Below are positions 60,410 through 64,000 of a stretch of 64,000 nucleotides of DNA, piece after piece. The notes beneath the pieces are model-generated. The model was not told the origin of the DNA, ran no database searches, and saw only the letters and a program-made list of their open reading frames with translations. Position numbers and translations under genes: made by a program. Origin of the DNA: Botryllus schlosseri (taxonomy: Eukaryota); the NCBI GenBank assembly GCA_051294905.1, contig CM119373.1, positions 6,572,001 through 6,636,000 of the forward strand, in the 5' to 3' direction. The number at the start of each line of letters is the position of its first letter. Position 1 is the first letter of the stretch.

Positions 60410-61638
60410 AAAGTCGTTGATTTCCTCCGTGGAAAGATCGCTATCTTCTTACGCACATGCTGCACAACTATGTTTGTTTGTGGTGTTTAAAAAATGAAAA
60501 CGGAAAGTGCCACAACTGCAACGCAACAACAACAAAGCGACATCTCTCTCCGCGGGTCACACGAACTCTGTGTGCCAATATTCACGACCATCAGCCAACA
60601 CCATTCTAACTAATTACGAACAATCAATCAGTCGCACGCGCTATGATCACCGTCCGACGTAACAGTCAGTACAAAAAAATCTACACAAAGACACACATTC
60701 GTACTCCGGAATTGTCGCACAAAGTCATTGTTCAGTGTTCCTTTCATTATTAACGTGCAGTAGGCCATGCCATTGTCAAATATTGATGCATCACAAGATT
60801 CTGATTTTATTCGATTGGTCAGAACAGGGAACCTTCTACATCCCGATATACTTGATTGCTGGATGTACGCGTATCGAGAACAACAATATCGAATACTAAC
60901 TATTAGGCATTCGCAGGCGCGTAGCCAGGGGGCGTCTCGACGGTCGAAACCCCCTCCTTTAGAAACGTGAAACCCCGTCCTTTAATGCGAAACCCCGACT
61001 TTTTCAAATGACCGCTCTGACGCTAATACTCGGTTGAAATTCAAAAAGTCGTTTTATCAGTATTGAGCGCGGCCAATTAACGAAAGGCGCGTTGCCAATT
61101 AGCGATATTCGTCCGCGCGTATTACTCTGCACAATGTAACGCGACCCAATCTGCCGCTGAGATAATTGCAAAATCAGGTCATACATTGTCGCGCGTTCGG
61201 CAATCGTTGCTTGCCTGATTTACTGACGTCCGCTATGCTGATGACAGTCAGTCGAATAGCTTTTAGCGGAAAAATCAACAATATGAAGTTATTGTTTCGC
61301 GTTATTCTGAAGTTATGTACCCCAAATGGTCTGCCACGTCGGCATCAAACTCTATTACAAAATCACCTTGCAAGGTCCGATAACAGTGAGATATCGCGCG
61401 ACTCGGTCTTTAATTCTTTTTACAGGATTTGTAATTTGAGGATGTGCCAGTCTACATGTCCCTGAAAAGATAATATACTCATATTATATTCCTGAAACAA
61501 ATATTTTGACTGAATCTAGCTTTTAGTTCAGCAGGTCTTTATCAGCAAATATGACGTCACTGCGAAAAGGGTCGAACAGTTGAGACGAACAGTTGCCTTG
61601 GGCTCCACGTACTATACTTAGGTTACACTGTATCGTTG

Positions 61639-62447
61639 TTATAATTTGAATATTGGTAATGACTTACGCCTAACAGTCTTGTACAGTGTCATCTTATGAA
61701 AGCCCATTTTCTGTCCATTTTTGCTCTTCTGACCCATGAGGCTGAAGAATTTCCACACATCCCTCACAGCTATGCTGGTCATCATAGTTTTGACCGTCTG
61801 TGATAATTGACCTTGACCACCACCAACTCCCTTCAAAGCAGATAACTGTAATGAGTGTAAATAAGTGATGCATATTATATATGGGATTGGTTAACGGTAG
61901 AGGTTTGCGCTATAATGGACAACAACTTTTGATATGTATTCTTGGTAAAACCCATACCTTACAAAGCTTACCAAGATTGAATATATAACTTGAAGCCCCG
62001 AATTCAGAATCAAATTACTCAGGTACTCAATTTTGCCCACCACACCACTAACAGCAATGCGAGGTAGACGTTAAAGGGGCACTGCACACTAAAAATGACG
62101 TGGTCTCAAATTGAAGGGCAAAACGAAATGAAAATTTTGGCCGCAGCCGTTTTCTTCAGAACGCCACCGTAATGGAGCTGCAATTTATTGAAATTTAGAT
62201 AGTGATAACTTTCAACTTTTCGCAAAAATGATTGCATGTAATTTTCAAATTTGAATGCCGAACATTTATCAAGACCGCCAAATCTCACAGCATCTTTCGA
62301 TAAATGAAGCAAACTGTGGATATTATATACAACAAATTCTGGGCCATAGAGTGCACTACTCTTTTGAACAAAGGATTGGAGAAGCTTGTCTGCAAAGTTT
62401 GCTAATTCATTAGTAATATGAGTAGATACAAGAATACAAATCGCCAC
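61639..62447 (-). pseudogene. CACTA/EnSpm-like transposase remnant
   Basis: 'LYGPEFVVYNIHSLLHLSKDAVRFGGLDKCSAFKFENY'. Cut off at 62196 by the TTAA-type terminus. Confidence 0.7.
62075..62196 (+). mobile_element. TTAA-flanked terminus, second copy of 4166-4287
   Basis: TTAA at 62071-62074 followed by aggggcactgc...gaaattt. Confidence 0.5.
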
Positions 62448-62818
62448 ACTAAATGTTAAAGGTCAACTATATCGACCAAAACGGTCAACTATATCGACCA
62501 AAACAACTTTAGCTAATTCTGTAGAGTTTGACATGCTGATTCAAAAAATATACCTCATACCTTCTAAAATTAAGTATTTTCTGAGATATCGAGCAGCAAA
62601 AGTCGCAAAATACCACCACAGACCAAAATGGTAGTAAAATCAATGAACCATATCGATGACGTACTACCAGGAGGATTTCTGATGCTGCGGTTGTGGTGTA
62701 TGTATTGAAGTGGGATAATGTCAACCTCTGCAGAAGCTGTGGAGTCAACTGATAGCGACGCGGTGTCTAGTAAATCTGATTCTGACACTATTGAGGTAAG
62801 CCATTGAATGGTATATAC

Positions 62819-64000
62819 CAGTGCTTTTCAACCTTTTTGAGCTCCGTTCGCACTTTTTTTGTAAAATAAATTTCATTCGCACAAACTAATCGAAAATTGT
62901 TATACAAAAAGAAGATGAAGATACAAAAAGAAGATGAAGATAGGCCTACTTAACAACATTTTGTTTAGATATGGAACAAATTGACTGGTATGCAGTGTTG
63001 GGATCAAGTCACTACCTTCGAGTCACGAGTCATTTAACATTTTGACTCGAGTCAAGTCAAGTCACGAGTCAAGTCACAATTCAAGTCAAGTTGCCTTTTC
63101 GAAGTATGAGGCATGATAGCGTCATTGCATTTTGCTAGCTGTGTCTGATATACAGATTGAGTGTTCATTGATTTTGAACCGATTAACGCATATAGAGTTA
63201 AATATACACGGAAGAAGGCGCTGTATCGATCACATATAAGTACAACTGCTACACCTCAGTTTATAGTTACCAGCCAAATTATTTTACTAAAACCGTATTC
63301 GGCCAAACAATGATGTTGGGAATTTGTACAAAAACGTCTACTTAGGGCTTGGATGACCAGGTCTTAAAATCTGTTCTGCACTCCGATCCAAAATACAGCG
63401 TATTTTTTGCGAGTGAAAAATGCTTGCTGGCAGAAATCGTATTTAAGAGCTGACACAAAGGTCCCGCGAGGCTCCAGTTTGTCGAAAGGCTGAAAAACCA
63501 ACATGTTTGTGTCGAGGCTTTTGCTTTATTTCTTCGGAACATCAGGTGCGAAACGATCAAGGAGAGTAGGCAAATTAGAGCTCGCTTACCTGATGATACG
63601 TTGCTCCAACTTCTGCGTCGCAAATTTATGAGAAGAGCAAATAACTCACGATAACTGGGTGTTCTACTCTTTAGCTCAATCTAACTTGAGAATTAATAAG
63701 CCCATTTACATGGCCGTTTGGGTCAGCTTCGAAGCTGACTCGTCAATCCGACTCTCTCGTTTTTGAAAAAGAGAAAAAGGCAGACGGCTTCAATCCGTCT
63801 TGAGCTCGATCCGTTCCGCAGAGTCGCTTGGAGACGGCTTGAACAGTACCGGTACTTGAGAACGAATCCAGACTACAGCAACATACCAACATTTCATGTT
63901 CATATTTCACGAAACCGGCACGTATTTCAACTGGGTGAATGTGAAAGCTCTATCAGTACATGATACTGCTTTTATAATATGCACGTGGTCTTATTTGTTC
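62819..64000 (-). mobile_element. Second, inverted and diverged copy of the 53773-56357 hAT family, with a nested fragment of the 44681 MITE (62993-~63250)
   Basis: Starts cagtgcttttcaacc. ~63330-63700 aligns in reverse complement to ~55750-56135. Runs toward the window edge. Confidence 0.75.

Noticed and set aside
63726-63743. 18-bp perfect palindrome gtcagcttcgaagctgac
   Set aside because: It is isolated, lies within a hAT-family copy, and has no supporting context.

Overview
Apparently host-gene-free, transposon-saturated stretch of an AT-rich eukaryotic genome (probably an invertebrate animal; species not determinable). It holds nested and mostly decayed L1/Tx1-clade LINEs, Penelope-like elements with minimal hammerhead ribozymes, Gypsy remnants, P/THAP, Harbinger, pogo/Tigger and CACTA-like DNA transposons, a tRNA-derived SINE and many hAT-type non-autonomous elements with 8-bp TSDs. 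The standout is three insertions of an unclassified virus-like element. Copy B (22030-25669) is a complete 3,628-bp unit, circularly permuted inside its main ORF with a 12-bp terminal redundancy. Copy C (39702-42750) is a near-identical partial copy that reads through that junction, showing the template was circular or concatemeric. Copy A (~11340-16660, minus strand) is a divergent, older relative split by a P-like element. The reconstructed unit encodes a 905-aa protein ending in a probable jelly-roll capsid domain, a conserved overprinted ORF, a small membrane protein with a PPxY motif and a basic ~112-aa protein. It also has a hairpin cluster and a conserved non-coding block, but no recognisable Rep/NS1, polymerase, RT or integrase. 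All alignments were done by eye; family assignments come from motif recognition, not database searches.
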